Made by a program: the position numbers and the translations under genes | IMG/VR virus record: IMGVR_UViG_3300037067_027616 | Coordinates: 1-64,000 of that record | Source: a virus | Taxonomy: Duplodnaviria > Caudoviricetes | Length of the DNA stretch: 64,000 nt | Reading direction: 5' to 3' (one strand) | The notes under the pieces: generated by a model | Seen by the model: the letters and a program-made list of their open reading frames with translations, nothing else | Databases searched by the model: none | Told to the model about the DNA's origin: nothing | Part shown: positions 46,340-56,096 of the stretch, piece by piece | Position numbering within the stretch: position 1 is the first letter of the stretch | How the letters are laid out: each line of letters starts with the position of its first letter

Positions 46340-46511
46340 CCCTGTCCACTATGTCCCTCAAATGAGAAGCTACACCCAAATCCTCTTGTGATGGCCCGTT
46401 TACTGCCGACCCCTGCAGTCCATCCAAAGCCCTTTTTAGGTCTTCCACGAGTTTCTCGGCTCCTGCCAGAGCTTTTCGCAACGCTTCTGCCGCCTCTTCC
46501 CGTGGCTCCAT
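46317..46511 (-). CDS. Hypothetical coiled-coil protein
   Basis: GAGGG RBS downstream of a promoter. Confidence 0.55.
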   Translation of the reverse strand: MEPREEAAEALRKALAGAEKLVEDLKRALDGLQGSAVNGPSQEDLGVASHLRDIVDRGVGDRQK

Positions 46512-46528
46512 CTTTAGCCCTCTCGTAT

Positions 46529-46557
46529 AATATACTAAATTAAAAGACATACGTCAA
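46529..46557 (-). promoter_or_regulatory. sigma70-like promoter TTGACG-N17-TATATT
   Basis: Same -10 and spacer length as the TTTACA set. Confidence 0.65.
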
Positions 46558-46563
46558 GCAATA

Positions 46564-46577
46564 AATAACCTTCTCAT
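46564..46577 (+). promoter_or_regulatory. Candidate late-promoter motif AATAACCTTCTCAT
   Basis: 13 of 14 nt identical to 20316-20329; about 20 bp upstream of an isolated plus-strand gene. Confidence 0.45.
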
Positions 46578-46596
46578 TTTCACGACAAGGTTGACT

Positions 46597-46974
46597 ATGG
46601 CAAAGCCCTTCCAGAAAATAGATTGGGACAGCATCGTCAAAAGTGGCGAGCAAGGATACCTATATTGCGTGACCGACCCTCCGCACCCAAAAGGTGAGAA
46701 GCGTGGCGACCGAAACAAGAAGTACGTGTATTTGCACAGGGCCGTCATGGAGAACGAATTGGGTCGGTACCTTGAGGACGGAGAGGAAGTCGACCACAAG
46801 GACAAGGACGTTACCAACAACGAACCTTCCAACCTTATATTGCGCGTGCAAGGTGAACACCAACGCGAACACGCCCTCAATGGCAATTCATTCTGGGAGA
46901 AAAGTCCCCGGAACAAACCAAAGAAGGCTTCAGAGATTTCTGTAGTAACTGCGTTCATTCACTCACGACCTTGA
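46597..46974 (+). CDS. HNH endonuclease (HNH_3-type)
   Basis: HP, YVYLHRAVME..LGRYL...EEVDHKD....NN..SNL. Confidence 0.9.
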   Translation: MAKPFQKIDWDSIVKSGEQGYLYCVTDPPHPKGEKRGDRNKKYVYLHRAVMENELGRYLEDGEEVDHKDKDVTNNEPSNLILRVQGEHQREHALNGNSFWEKSPRNKPKKASEISVVTAFIHSRP

Positions 46975-47226
46975 AACCAACCCACACGCCTTCGTATCCT
47001 CGTTCCAGATGCCGCATGCCTTGCCCATGCATACCACTTTGTTTTGATATGGCGTATAACTGTTTCCTGCGACGTTTCCAGAGGTCATGATGGGACAGTA
47101 TTTTACAGGGTTTTCCTTCCCTACCTCTTTATCCATGTTCTGATATTTTAACACCTCCTTTGACACAAGTAACCCCCTTTGTAGTTATGCATCGTTATTA
47201 ACATATACCTAAACTGCTTTCAATAA

Positions 47227-47430
47227 CTACGATATGCGGACGGCATTGACTTCCATGCCCTCGTTGATGTCAGAACTCTCGAACGGTTCAAACCCGTTTT
47301 CCATTGAGTTGTATTTACCCGTTTCTACCTCAAGCACCAACTCAACCGCACCGTTGTCATCAAAAGGTATTACTACTTTGAGATCCCCAGGAAGCTTGGA
47401 CAAATTCTCGATCAATTGCTTTACAATCAT
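47227..47430 (-). CDS. Hypothetical phage protein
   Basis: MIVKQLIENLSKLPGDLKVV; GGAGGT RBS. Confidence 0.6.
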   Translation of the reverse strand: MIVKQLIENLSKLPGDLKVVIPFDDNGAVELVLEVETGKYNSMENGFEPFESSDINEGMEVNAVRIS

Positions 47431-47444
47431 GTGACACCTCCCTA

Positions 47445-47648
47445 CTAATAATACTCTACCCGACGTTTCTTGGGGAAAAGGTGTCCCCACATGTCAGTGT
47501 AGAACCGCCTGCGCAACATCTTCTTATACCATGGCAGGAAAGGCCATTCGTTGACGATCGCCACGCCAATATTCTCGTGCACCATCCACCCGATGATCTT
47601 TTTTGGATCGTCTGCAGGTATGACTGTCAGTTGTTGCCTATGCAACAC
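47445..47648 (-). CDS. Hypothetical protein
   Basis: AAGGAG RBS. Confidence 0.45.
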   Translation of the reverse strand: MLHRQQLTVIPADDPKKIIGWMVHENIGVAIVNEWPFLPWYKKMLRRRFYTDMWGHLFPKKRRVEYY

Positions 47649-47669
47649 GAGAACTTCTCCTTGTTGAAT

Positions 47670-48002
47670 TCATGAGAACACCACTACATCAAAATGCAAA
47701 TGTGGATCCTCATCCTTCACCTCGTATTCCTTGAATAAGTCATAGAACTTTCGAAATCCCGAAGCTTTTTCGGGTTCTGAATTTGCCCAGCTACAATCAT
47801 CATCTTCATCAAGATCCTCCCTCATCAAATCCCAATACCCCGACTCGATACCCAAACCTTTGGCATAGTCGATGATTTCGTCTGCGATGTCCTTTGTGAT
47901 GACACCTTCCTGTTCTGCATACTCCAAGCAATCGTCAAGAACGAGTAATGGCACTTGCTTCGGGACAGGTTTTTTTAGCTTCTTTGATTTCTTGCCTTTC
48001 AT
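47670..48002 (-). CDS. Hypothetical acidic protein
   Basis: AAGGAGG RBS. Confidence 0.6.
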   Translation of the reverse strand: MKGKKSKKLKKPVPKQVPLLVLDDCLEYAEQEGVITKDIADEIIDYAKGLGIESGYWDLMREDLDEDDDCSWANSEPEKASGFRKFYDLFKEYEVKDEDPHLHFDVVVFS

Positions 48003-48012
48003 TTCAGCCTCC

Positions 48013-49737
48013 TTATTTTAGTCTCACCGAATACAACCGTCCGCCGTCAAGGAACATCACCGATGTGGTGTCATTGAGCAACCTGTCGCCCGTATGGAAC
48101 GGCGGGCCGTCAACGACCTTCACCTTCGTGGGATCCCGGAATACCTCCACCTGTTGGTCAGTCGGCTGGTGCACGCAAATTCCATTGGCAAGCACCGTGA
48201 AATGCACGGACGGATCAGAGGGGTCATCATCGATGCGCATTTTGTACGAAGAGAAGTCATCTGACATGAACAACACGAACCTTTTATACTTACCATCTTT
48301 TTCAGCCACGGCCATGAAAACACCACGCTCGTGCTTGGCATCTATGATACGGTGTCCATCCAGCTCTTTTACCCTACAATTCGAGCATTTACCCTCCGTG
48401 TAGGGTATCGCCAACCAACAAGTGCCGAGTACGTCCTGTACCGCCACCCCGGGGAACATCGTAGTGGACTGCTGAAGAACATTGCCCACAGGCTTCATGA
48501 AGTGAAGTACCTTGCCGTTCATGAAGGCAAAGGAACTCTCGGTCAGCACCCCGTTGTAGGCCGTGTAGATGCGGCCGTCATACTGCATGGCCTTGTCCGC
48601 AGCGATACGACCCACCAATCCTCCCTGCATATCGTGGAACACCACCTCGTGACTGTCCTGCTCCGCCAAAACTGGGTGGCTCCCAGGAACGCGCGCCAAA
48701 GAAACTTTGCCTGGCTTGCTTGTGAACTTTTTCACAAGGTTGCCGCCCACGTATACGCCTTCCTTGGTAATGGCACAGTCGCTACCATCGAAGAACCACA
48801 CCCCAAAAGCAGGCTCCCCATAGTCCCGGTACAAAGAAACCTCAAACGAGTCGGTACCTTTTACCACCACAGGGCGCAAAACGGCGATGAAACCGGATAC
48901 ATCCGGTAGGGGAGGCTCACAACGGGCCCCAGAAGGCCCCAGGACCTCTTTAAACCACGCCAAATGGGCTGGGGGTACCGCAGACCAATCCGACCACGGA
49001 GGGCCTACAGATACGTCTGGGTGGAATACTGAAAGGCCCTTGTCCATACGGACTGACCAATCGTTAGGACCGTACTTGGCGTGCTTGCCCTTCCGGTAGG
49101 GGTGGTAGCCCACATACATCTGCCAAGCAACTATGGCGAAACTATACCAATCGGATCCTTCAGAGAAATCACCAAATTTTATGGATCTATCCCGAATGCT
49201 CTCCATTATGGCTGTGGCTTTGAACGTGGGCGTCTGGTAGGAGTCTACATCTATGAACAGCACCTCTTGAAAATTTTTATCCAAAAGGAAATTCATCTCG
49301 TTTAAATCCACCACGAGGATGCCTTCACGGTGGATTTCGGACACGGTCAGTTGCATCCTTTTTACAAGGTGCATGATGGCGTCCGGAGTTATACCGTTGT
49401 CTGTTTTGAACCCCTTCCCGAACATACGACACAGAAACTCCGTCTGCTCGATGTATGGCATCGTGAAACCGATTGGTTTGTTGGTCTTGCCATCGAGCAA
49501 TATGTCACGCGGACCGAGGATGTTTCCAAAACGAGCCAACGGCGCCAATTCCCTCACTTTGGCTACGGATATCATTCTTTTGGGGTCGTGGTATACTTTG
49601 TAGGCCGTCGATCCGCGGCGGCACACCGTACCCTCACCGCCGGCGGCGATATAGTCGTTCTTGTTGAGGGTTTCCGACCCCTTGCCCTGCACAACGACTT
49701 TGTACGGGAAGTTCATTGTGCACTCCGTTACGGTCAC
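48013..49737 (-). CDS. YegI-like Ser/Thr protein kinase with beta-rich C-terminal domain
   Basis: IAAGGEGTV, AYKVY, GFTMP, H.EGILVVDLNEMNFL, FIDVDSYQ, SDWYSFAI, G.HPY. Confidence 0.88.
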   Translation of the reverse strand: MTVTECTMNFPYKVVVQGKGSETLNKNDYIAAGGEGTVCRRGSTAYKVYHDPKRMISVAKVRELAPLARFGNILGPRDILLDGKTNKPIGFTMPYIEQTEFLCRMFGKGFKTDNGITPDAIMHLVKRMQLTVSEIHREGILVVDLNEMNFLLDKNFQEVLFIDVDSYQTPTFKATAIMESIRDRSIKFGDFSEGSDWYSFAIVAWQMYVGYHPYRKGKHAKYGPNDWSVRMDKGLSVFHPDVSVGPPWSDWSAVPPAHLAWFKEVLGPSGARCEPPLPDVSGFIAVLRPVVVKGTDSFEVSLYRDYGEPAFGVWFFDGSDCAITKEGVYVGGNLVKKFTSKPGKVSLARVPGSHPVLAEQDSHEVVFHDMQGGLVGRIAADKAMQYDGRIYTAYNGVLTESSFAFMNGKVLHFMKPVGNVLQQSTTMFPGVAVQDVLGTCWLAIPYTEGKCSNCRVKELDGHRIIDAKHERGVFMAVAEKDGKYKRFVLFMSDDFSSYKMRIDDDPSDPSVHFTVLANGICVHQPTDQQVEVFRDPTKVKVVDGPPFHTGDRLLNDTTSVMFLDGGRLYSVRLK

Positions 49738-50030
49738 GACGCAATAATGTCCAACGATGATATGGACAGATACTTGACGGATTTGACTTTTCCGGTAGGA
49801 TCCAAATCATCGTTGATTAGGTCGAACTCCACCGTCATATTGTCCCCATCGAAATCGTAGTGGTTTCCTGTGTCCCGGTGTCCTTTGACTGATTTGACCC
49901 TGCCATTGAACCCGTGTCGTGAAAAGGTGTTGACGTGGACTATGGAATTGTTGCGTGCCATAGTTTTAAGAATGCCCAACACAAACCTGTCGCTACTGTC
50001 CACGAACCGCAAAATCAGATCGGACTTCAT
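49734..50030 (-). CDS. Hypothetical protein
   Basis: AAGGAG RBS; GTGA overlap with the kinase. Confidence 0.55.
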   Translation of the reverse strand: MKSDLILRFVDSSDRFVLGILKTMARNNSIVHVNTFSRHGFNGRVKSVKGHRDTGNHYDFDGDNMTVEFDLINDDLDPTGKVKSVKYLSISSLDIIAS

Positions 50031-50086
50031 GTTTCGCTCCTTCCTTCCTTCATCCTCACTACAGTTGAAAAACCTAACACTAACAC

Positions 50087-50299
50087 CTATGCCCTTTCAA
50101 GTTTGCACGCCATGGTTCCTCTGACATGCGGGGCTGAAGAGTCGTAGTTCTCGCATGTCCGGCATGCACAGGAACCTACCATGGCCACCTTACCCTCGAG
50201 GTGCGGGTAGTCGGAGAAGTCGAACATCCTGTTCTTCTTGACCTTATGACCGTGAGGACACGGGGTCACGCAGTGGCGGGCCTTCACTTCGTAGTTCAT
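50087..50299 (-). CDS. Hypothetical Cys-rich protein
   Basis: CVTPCPHG, VGSCACRTC; ATGA overlap. Confidence 0.5.
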   Translation of the reverse strand: MNYEVKARHCVTPCPHGHKVKKNRMFDFSDYPHLEGKVAMVGSCACRTCENYDSSAPHVRGTMACKLERA

Positions 50300-50811
50300 G
50301 GTAGAGCTCCTTCTGGGAGCGTGGGCACGATGCGCATAGGATACAGCGGTCCCGAGTCCCTATCCCATTGTTCGGGGGATACAACTTTCTTTTGGATGTC
50401 CCACCACACCTGCTTCATGACTTTGGCCGTTGCCTCTTCCCCCGGGAACCATTGGCACAAGTACCAAAATGAAATGTGTGGCCTTGTGGGATCTGGTATC
50501 ATTTCGCAAACACTTTCCTGCCAGATCTTCCTGTTTTGATCATATAGCCCTGGCATGATCCTTCGCATAACCGTTTGGCGGCCATAGTCGGATCTCTCAT
50601 CGAGGTGTGTCTGTAGTTGCTCCCGCGAGTAGTCATCGGTCGGTACCCACTTCTTAATAAAACGTACGGACACCTTCTTCAAAGCCTTCTCGACGGCCTC
50701 TTGGCAGTCCGGGCAATACTCGGGATGGTTGTACGGGCCGTCCCACCCGCTCGGATGGTACCAATAGAAGGTTCCACAATGGACACATCTGCTATTTTTG
50801 GTCGTGGTCAT
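50296..50811 (-). CDS. Hypothetical Zn-binding protein
   Basis: CVHCG...YCPDC. Confidence 0.6.
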   Translation of the reverse strand: MTTTKNSRCVHCGTFYWYHPSGWDGPYNHPEYCPDCQEAVEKALKKVSVRFIKKWVPTDDYSREQLQTHLDERSDYGRQTVMRRIMPGLYDQNRKIWQESVCEMIPDPTRPHISFWYLCQWFPGEEATAKVMKQVWWDIQKKVVSPEQWDRDSGPLYPMRIVPTLPEGALP

Positions 50812-50844
50812 TGGATACTTACCTTAACACTGTTCATTTTTATT

Positions 50845-51321
50845 TCACGTCCACCCGAACGCGGCTCGTGTGTTTTCAAGGATGTCAGCCACGGACACAT
50901 CGTCCATTTTGAACCGTTTGCGATTTACTGTAATGCTGTAAGCGAGACTGCCATTATCGTGGCGTTCGCTCGCGCTTTTCCAATCAGCGAGAAGCTCTAC
51001 CAAGTCCACCAACGTCATGTCGGCTACGCCGCGCGGGTGGTTCTCCGGGTGGTGCCTGTGGCACGCATAATGGTGGTCAAGGGCAGGCTTGAGATCCTTG
51101 AGCATCTTGGCGTACTGTTTGCTCCCGTACGTGGAAGATTTCAGCCGGGGGGTCTCTCTGTCGAAAATTGGCTTCTCGGGAGGTATCAATTTGGTGCTAT
51201 CGTGATGGATGGCACGCTTGATGATCTCTGCCTGGAACGTGAGAAGTATCTCCTGCACGCGGCGGATATGCTTCAGCGTGTCATCGGTGCTGTCATATGG
51301 TGGCTGTTTCTTCTTCGCCAT
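50845..51321 (-). CDS. DUF5662-like HD-type metal-binding protein
   Basis: TLKHI, HHDSTKL, DHHY...RHHPE, MTLVDLVELLADWKSASER. Confidence 0.8.
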   Translation of the reverse strand: MAKKKQPPYDSTDDTLKHIRRVQEILLTFQAEIIKRAIHHDSTKLIPPEKPIFDRETPRLKSSTYGSKQYAKMLKDLKPALDHHYACHRHHPENHPRGVADMTLVDLVELLADWKSASERHDNGSLAYSITVNRKRFKMDDVSVADILENTRAAFGWT

Positions 51322-51329
51322 AATGGCCC

Positions 51330-52217
51330 TCAATCTATCAATGTGATGGCGGCGCACGAAACGTCATCGTAGTGTTTGACACCGGTCTTCTCACATTCTT
51401 TGCGGAAGGCCTTCATGCGCCTTTGCACAAACTCCCCTGCGAGGGACTTATAACCCGTAACTCGTCTCATCAAACCGTCATTGTCGAATGCAGGAGAGGA
51501 ATCATTCGCTTGGTAACTATCCAAGCCATCGCTGAACAGAACGATTTGCAAAGGTGGTTCGTCAAAAGCACACCCGATGTTATCTATAACATAGGAGTAC
51601 TCTCGGCAAGGCTCATTGTCCCATTGTGTTTCCTTGATTCCCTCTGGGCCATGAAAAGTCTGCCGTATCATCAAATGCCTTCCATCTTTAAACAATGCCT
51701 GATATCCGGCGTCCTTGTCTGGATGCATTTTATATGACAGGTAGTATGGAGCATTGGAGTCGTACGACATGTGAATACATGAGAAATGTTCCTGTGGTTC
51801 TTTGAACTTCACCAATACAGTACCATCTCCTATGGCCAAAACCCTCCAATCAATATAGTTGCGTTCTGGGGTTCTCAATGCGAACGCTGTAAGGAGGGTG
51901 GCATCAAAAGCATCGTATTCCAAACGCATAGAAGTCCGGACGTTGGAGGCCCTATCAAGAACCATATCGTAAAACTCGGACTCCATCCCGCCATCCTCCA
52001 TGAACCTGCTATCGCTGAATCTTCCTCGCGATAGCATGCCAAGGAGCGTATCTTTCGCGATGTGGGTAAGTATACGGGCGCCAACATCGGTGTCCTTGGA
52101 CGATGAACATCCATCGCTGACGATGGCCCAAGTCAAACCGTCCTTCGAACCACTGAGGGCGTAGTCCTGGCACACGGTGTGTGTGGAACCTATCTCGAAG
52201 TAATGGTCGCTATGCAC
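51330..52217 (-). CDS. PP2C-family (YegK/PphC-like) protein phosphatase
   Basis: GSTH..CQDY, VSDGCSS, DATLL, IGDG, FSDGL, YDDVS. Confidence 0.9.
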   Translation of the reverse strand: MHSDHYFEIGSTHTVCQDYALSGSKDGLTWAIVSDGCSSSKDTDVGARILTHIAKDTLLGMLSRGRFSDSRFMEDGGMESEFYDMVLDRASNVRTSMRLEYDAFDATLLTAFALRTPERNYIDWRVLAIGDGTVLVKFKEPQEHFSCIHMSYDSNAPYYLSYKMHPDKDAGYQALFKDGRHLMIRQTFHGPEGIKETQWDNEPCREYSYVIDNIGCAFDEPPLQIVLFSDGLDSYQANDSSPAFDNDGLMRRVTGYKSLAGEFVQRRMKAFRKECEKTGVKHYDDVSCAAITLID

Positions 52218-52241
52218 AGCCGCATTCCTTTGGGGTCAAGT

Positions 52242-53030
52242 CTATGCCGCCATCCTGTATCGGTTACCGAGGGTTTTGAAGGCCTCCTCATCAGATTCGA
52301 TCATGGCCTTAAACGCAACGACCTTATCTGTGTTGGGGGCCATTTTTCCATTTACCGCTTTGAGGTATACGCATATCTCCTCTATAACCTTCCCGCCTAC
52401 CCACACCTTTACATGGGATCTGTTGCGATACACTTGATAGGCCGCCCCACTCCTACCCCTCACCATTACGAACCCGTACCGCAGATACCTCTTGAATTCG
52501 TCCTCGGTGACCACCTCGCGGAGGGCTTCCATTGCTATTGCCTCTTCCACACTAATCCGGGAAGCTTCTTCGCACCGGGATTTCACAACAGGTGAAAGGT
52601 TTTGGCGCAACCTTGATAGTTTTATATCGCGTTTGCTTAAATTAAATTCGTTAAATGTGCTGTTGAGAGAAAAATTATAGTTATACAAGGGGGTAAACGT
52701 CGTGTTGCCTGTGAAATCGCCCGCGATGTAATTGTATCCTACCGTTGTATTATTATGAACAACAGCAAAATCTTCAGTCGTGCCAACACGAGTACCGTTT
52801 ATGGTGACTTCTAAATTGGGGTTTGTTACATTATAATTCCTGGAGGTATCTATAACATAGTTGTTCAACGAAGAGTAGATGCGTCTCCTGGTTTCTGGGG
52901 TGTCTTTCATTCCCACATAGCTGTTCAGCATCTCGGACAAATCGGTGCTGTAAGCTGCAGTGCATATCGTTGTGTCAGTCGAGTTACCTGTAAAATAAGT
53001 TGGTACTGTTTTGTTTATTAGTGTGGGCAT
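52242..53030 (-). CDS. Hypothetical protein, C-terminal Cys-containing domain shared with 53043-54104
   Basis: LRE....E..RYL..GF..VRG.SG..YQ...H...EIC...P.TD..AFKAMI..DE.AF..GN; TAAGGAG RBS. Confidence 0.75.
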   Translation of the reverse strand: MPTLINKTVPTYFTGNSTDTTICTAAYSTDLSEMLNSYVGMKDTPETRRRIYSSLNNYVIDTSRNYNVTNPNLEVTINGTRVGTTEDFAVVHNNTTVGYNYIAGDFTGNTTFTPLYNYNFSLNSTFNEFNLSKRDIKLSRLRQNLSPVVKSRCEEASRISVEEAIAMEALREVVTEDEFKRYLRYGFVMVRGRSGAAYQVYRNRSHVKVWVGGKVIEEICVYLKAVNGKMAPNTDKVVAFKAMIESDEEAFKTLGNRYRMAA

Positions 53031-53042
53031 AATACAAACTCC

Positions 53043-54104
53043 TTATCCTACCGCCATCTTGTATACGTTGCCGGCCTTTTCAAAAGCCTTTTCATCGGCT
53101 TGTATCATCGCCTTGAATGCTATGATGTTATCAGTCGGTGGCACGGGCATGTTCAAACGTGAACAGATTTCAGCAACAACTTTGCCCTTCTCCCTAATTT
53201 TAGCATGCCACTTGTTTTTGAAAAGCTGATATTCCCTGCCGCTGTCACCCCTCACCACGATGAATCCTCTTTTAAGATATCTACGCCACTCCGATTCAGT
53301 CAGCATTTCCCGGAGGGACTCCAACGCGACTATCTCCTCATCGGTATTTTTGGTACACACCGAAGGTACGTGGTTGCCCCCCACGTAATATTGATTATCA
53401 AAAACAAACCCATTTGGCATTTCTACATTTACATAGGGCAACTCTTCCCACTCGATTATTTCGGAAAAACGGTCATCACGTATGAATACCTTGAGTTGCC
53501 GTGTTATCCTCCCGAATTCTTCCCTTTCCAGCAACTCAATGGAATCTGGATAAACACACCGTTTAGTTCCGGAGAATTTAGGTATCCTGGGGTAGTCAAG
53601 ATTGACACGGAACAATCTGCTTAAACCATTTGAAGAAACATCATCCCACCTGTCGGTGTTGACGACTTTATCAATCATGACATACATGCCAGCAACTTTA
53701 GAATAGTTTGAATCGGATCTGCATGTCCGTCGAAGCCACGCACCCCATACAGGTTTTTCAGACCCCAAATATTCTTTTATGGTAGAGTCTGCCCACGTTA
53801 CTATTTCTCCAAGCACATTTTCCAATGTGTATGAAGCAACAGGAAATGAAAAAAAGCTTGATTCAACATGCATGTCCGTGTAGTGCGACACGGAGATAAC
53901 ATGCTTCTGTGTCTGTGCCAAAGTGTACTCTCTATTACCCACTCTGCGCCCCCGCCACCCCGCAGGTGCGTCCTCATCAATTTTTACAATTGATAAGGGA
54001 TGCTCGGCGGGGTATGGAATATACGCGGTCACAGGCCTGTTAGATCCTACGTGGCCCGTAATACCCGGGGAAGGTCTGGCATTATACAGCCTTGGTATCA
54101 ACAT
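53043..54104 (-). CDS. Hypothetical protein, C-terminal Cys-containing domain shared with 52242-53030
   Basis: Same C-terminal ~100-aa domain. Confidence 0.75.
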   Translation of the reverse strand: MLIPRLYNARPSPGITGHVGSNRPVTAYIPYPAEHPLSIVKIDEDAPAGWRGRRVGNREYTLAQTQKHVISVSHYTDMHVESSFFSFPVASYTLENVLGEIVTWADSTIKEYLGSEKPVWGAWLRRTCRSDSNYSKVAGMYVMIDKVVNTDRWDDVSSNGLSRLFRVNLDYPRIPKFSGTKRCVYPDSIELLEREEFGRITRQLKVFIRDDRFSEIIEWEELPYVNVEMPNGFVFDNQYYVGGNHVPSVCTKNTDEEIVALESLREMLTESEWRRYLKRGFIVVRGDSGREYQLFKNKWHAKIREKGKVVAEICSRLNMPVPPTDNIIAFKAMIQADEKAFEKAGNVYKMAVG

Positions 54105-54409
54105 CCTTCAGACCAACGAAGAAGGTCGTCTGGTGCATCGGAAGATGTTGTCAGCGCGGCGAAGGTCTTACTTCCGTGCCTGCCCACGATGAGACTCACA
54201 TCTGTGGCTCCGGTTATCTCCAATGCGCCATCGCTGTTTTTGAGTGCCTGGGACGCCTCGGTGAGGTCCTCTTTGAAACCCCTGAAATCTCTTTGGTACT
54301 TGCGTCCATCGTCATCATGGAGGTGTACTTCGCCGACACTCACATGCGCGCGGAATCCATGTATGCGTATCTCGTTTGTGCCACCCATATTGTGTTCCTT
54401 TCTTTTCAA
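54098..54409 (-). CDS. Hypothetical protein
   Basis: Coupled run; AAGGA RBS before MGGT. Confidence 0.55.
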   Translation of the reverse strand: MKRKEHNMGGTNEIRIHGFRAHVSVGEVHLHDDDGRKYQRDFRGFKEDLTEASQALKNSDGALEITGATDVSLIVGRHGSKTFAALTTSSDAPDDLLRWSEGC

Positions 54410-54418
54410 TAAAAGCTA

Positions 54419-54838
54419 TTAGCCTTTGGCGGTCGGCGGGATCATGAGTATCTCTTCGGCCTCAACATCAAACTCATCGATGCGATGGTTCTTCTTACCC
54501 TTCGCATCGACACTGTACGCCGAGTAACCGCTTTTGACCAGGCTCAAGAACTTATCCTTGGCCTCTTTTGCCTGCTTACCGTTGTTGCTGTCCCACACGA
54601 CCCTCTCATCGCCTTTGTCGTTGAGGATCTTAAGCGTGCGGTTGCCGATGTGGTCAACGGTGGCCATGGCGACAAGTTCCTCGTAATGCGGCCGGAAAAA
54701 CTGCACAGGCTTCCCGTTGGTATCCTGGATGGGCACACCCTTACGTTTGAAAGCCACGAACCACTGCTTGGCCTCCTCGACCTGCTTCTTGCTCTTACTG
54801 TCCCAACACAATCTGGTGTTCATCACAAGTGACTGCAT
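54419..54838 (-). CDS. Internally duplicated small protein, candidate tandem beta-grasp (ubiquitin-like)
   Basis: Two WDS...KQ..EAK..F....G repeats; C-terminus EEILMIPPTAKG; GGAGG RBS. Confidence 0.6.
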   Translation of the reverse strand: MQSLVMNTRLCWDSKSKKQVEEAKQWFVAFKRKGVPIQDTNGKPVQFFRPHYEELVAMATVDHIGNRTLKILNDKGDERVVWDSNNGKQAKEAKDKFLSLVKSGYSAYSVDAKGKKNHRIDEFDVEAEEILMIPPTAKG

Positions 54839-54847
54839 GGCACCCTC

Positions 54848-55234
54848 CTACTTGTTTTTGGTTTTCCTGGCCTTGTCAATGAGTTCGCGCAACCTCTCCA
54901 CGACAGCTATACCGCGCCGAGTGAGAGAAAGTTTGTACTCCCCATCGATGTTTTCAACAATGAGGTCGTCATTGTCACCAGACGCCTTGATCACGTGCTT
55001 GTCACCGGGTTTGAGGTCAAGAGGCACCTTGTCGAGTGACTGTTCAAACAAGTCACAATCCTTTTTGAACCGCATTTTGCCATCGGTGATGTGAATCGTT
55101 CCGAACGAATACACCTCCCAATTAAGGTCGTTCGGTTTCGTACCAATGGTGCCCCGTTCAATTATCTTTCCATCGGGATCTGAACCAGACGCTTTTCCAC
55201 CTTTGAACCGTATGAGTTCGAGGTGCTTTTTCAT
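54848..55234 (-). CDS. Hypothetical protein
   Basis: AGGAGG RBS; ATGA overlap. Confidence 0.65.
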   Translation of the reverse strand: MKKHLELIRFKGGKASGSDPDGKIIERGTIGTKPNDLNWEVYSFGTIHITDGKMRFKKDCDLFEQSLDKVPLDLKPGDKHVIKASGDNDDLIVENIDGEYKLSLTRRGIAVVERLRELIDKARKTKNK

Positions 55235-55428
55235 GAATCCTCCTTTTTTTCTTTAGATACAGGTTCCATTTCTGTCTTCACGCCGGCAGCTTCCAACTCC
55301 TGTTTGGTACACCGATACATACTCCCACATTTTCCGAGAGGACACGGATCCCCGCAGGAACACGTGCACCGCCCATCCTTACCTATGAGCACAATCTTTT
55401 CACCCATTTGTGGCACCATCCTCTTCAT
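55231..55428 (-). CDS. Small Cys-rich protein
   Basis: CTCSCGDPCPLGKCG..RC. Confidence 0.5.
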   Translation of the reverse strand: MKRMVPQMGEKIVLIGKDGRCTCSCGDPCPLGKCGSMYRCTKQELEAAGVKTEMEPVSKEKKEDS

Positions 55429-55792
55429 CTAATCCTGCGGAGTTTGAGCCTGTAAGGCCTGAAATTTCCCCATGCACATTCTTGAAATAATCTTGCCGTT
55501 CTACAACTTCCATCTCAATATCACGTAATAAGCAAGACAACATCATTTTTGATGCCTGCAACTCATCATCCGACATCAGCCTGAAATCGGGGGGTATAGC
55601 CTTTGGTTGCTCATCGGCATCAGTCATTTTAAATAATTCAAAAACCACGCATTTTTCCGCAAGGCCATTCAATAACCTGTCCCTTAAAAGGCATAGATTT
55701 ATATGAAGACTTTTTGGAAGTGCGTGTGCCTCGCTAAAAGTAATTTCACCTTGACTTTGAAGTTGTGGAATTTTGATCACGAGTTTAGGCAT
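55400..55792 (-). CDS. Hypothetical protein
   Basis: AAGGAG RBS at MPKL. Confidence 0.55.
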   Translation of the reverse strand: MPKLVIKIPQLQSQGEITFSEAHALPKSLHINLCLLRDRLLNGLAEKCVVFELFKMTDADEQPKAIPPDFRLMSDDELQASKMMLSCLLRDIEMEVVERQDYFKNVHGEISGLTGSNSAGLDEEDGATNG

Positions 55793-56096
55793 CGGAAAAC
55801 TCCTTCCAAAGCCTATGGAGAAAACCTTCAGCTTTATTGGTAGCATCCAATTCGGTTTCCTTGCTGAAATCCCTGCATGAAGATTTCATTGGAAGTATGT
55901 CTTCATAAAGGATAACACTGTCGTTCTCTGGGAATCGTGTATCCGTTATTTTACCGTTTTTGACCGATCGATAATGGACGTGTCCGCAGTTTGGACAATG
56001 TATCCGGTAGTTTCCGTTGAGGGACACGTTCATCATGAAGTCAAAGTATTTGTGACACCCTCCCGAGCAAAGGAACTCAGTTTTCACCCTAGGCAT
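55785..56096 (-). CDS. Zn-ribbon protein
   Basis: CSGGC...HCPNCGHVHYR. Confidence 0.65.
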   Translation of the reverse strand: MPRVKTEFLCSGGCHKYFDFMMNVSLNGNYRIHCPNCGHVHYRSVKNGKITDTRFPENDSVILYEDILPMKSSCRDFSKETELDATNKAEGFLHRLWKEFSDA

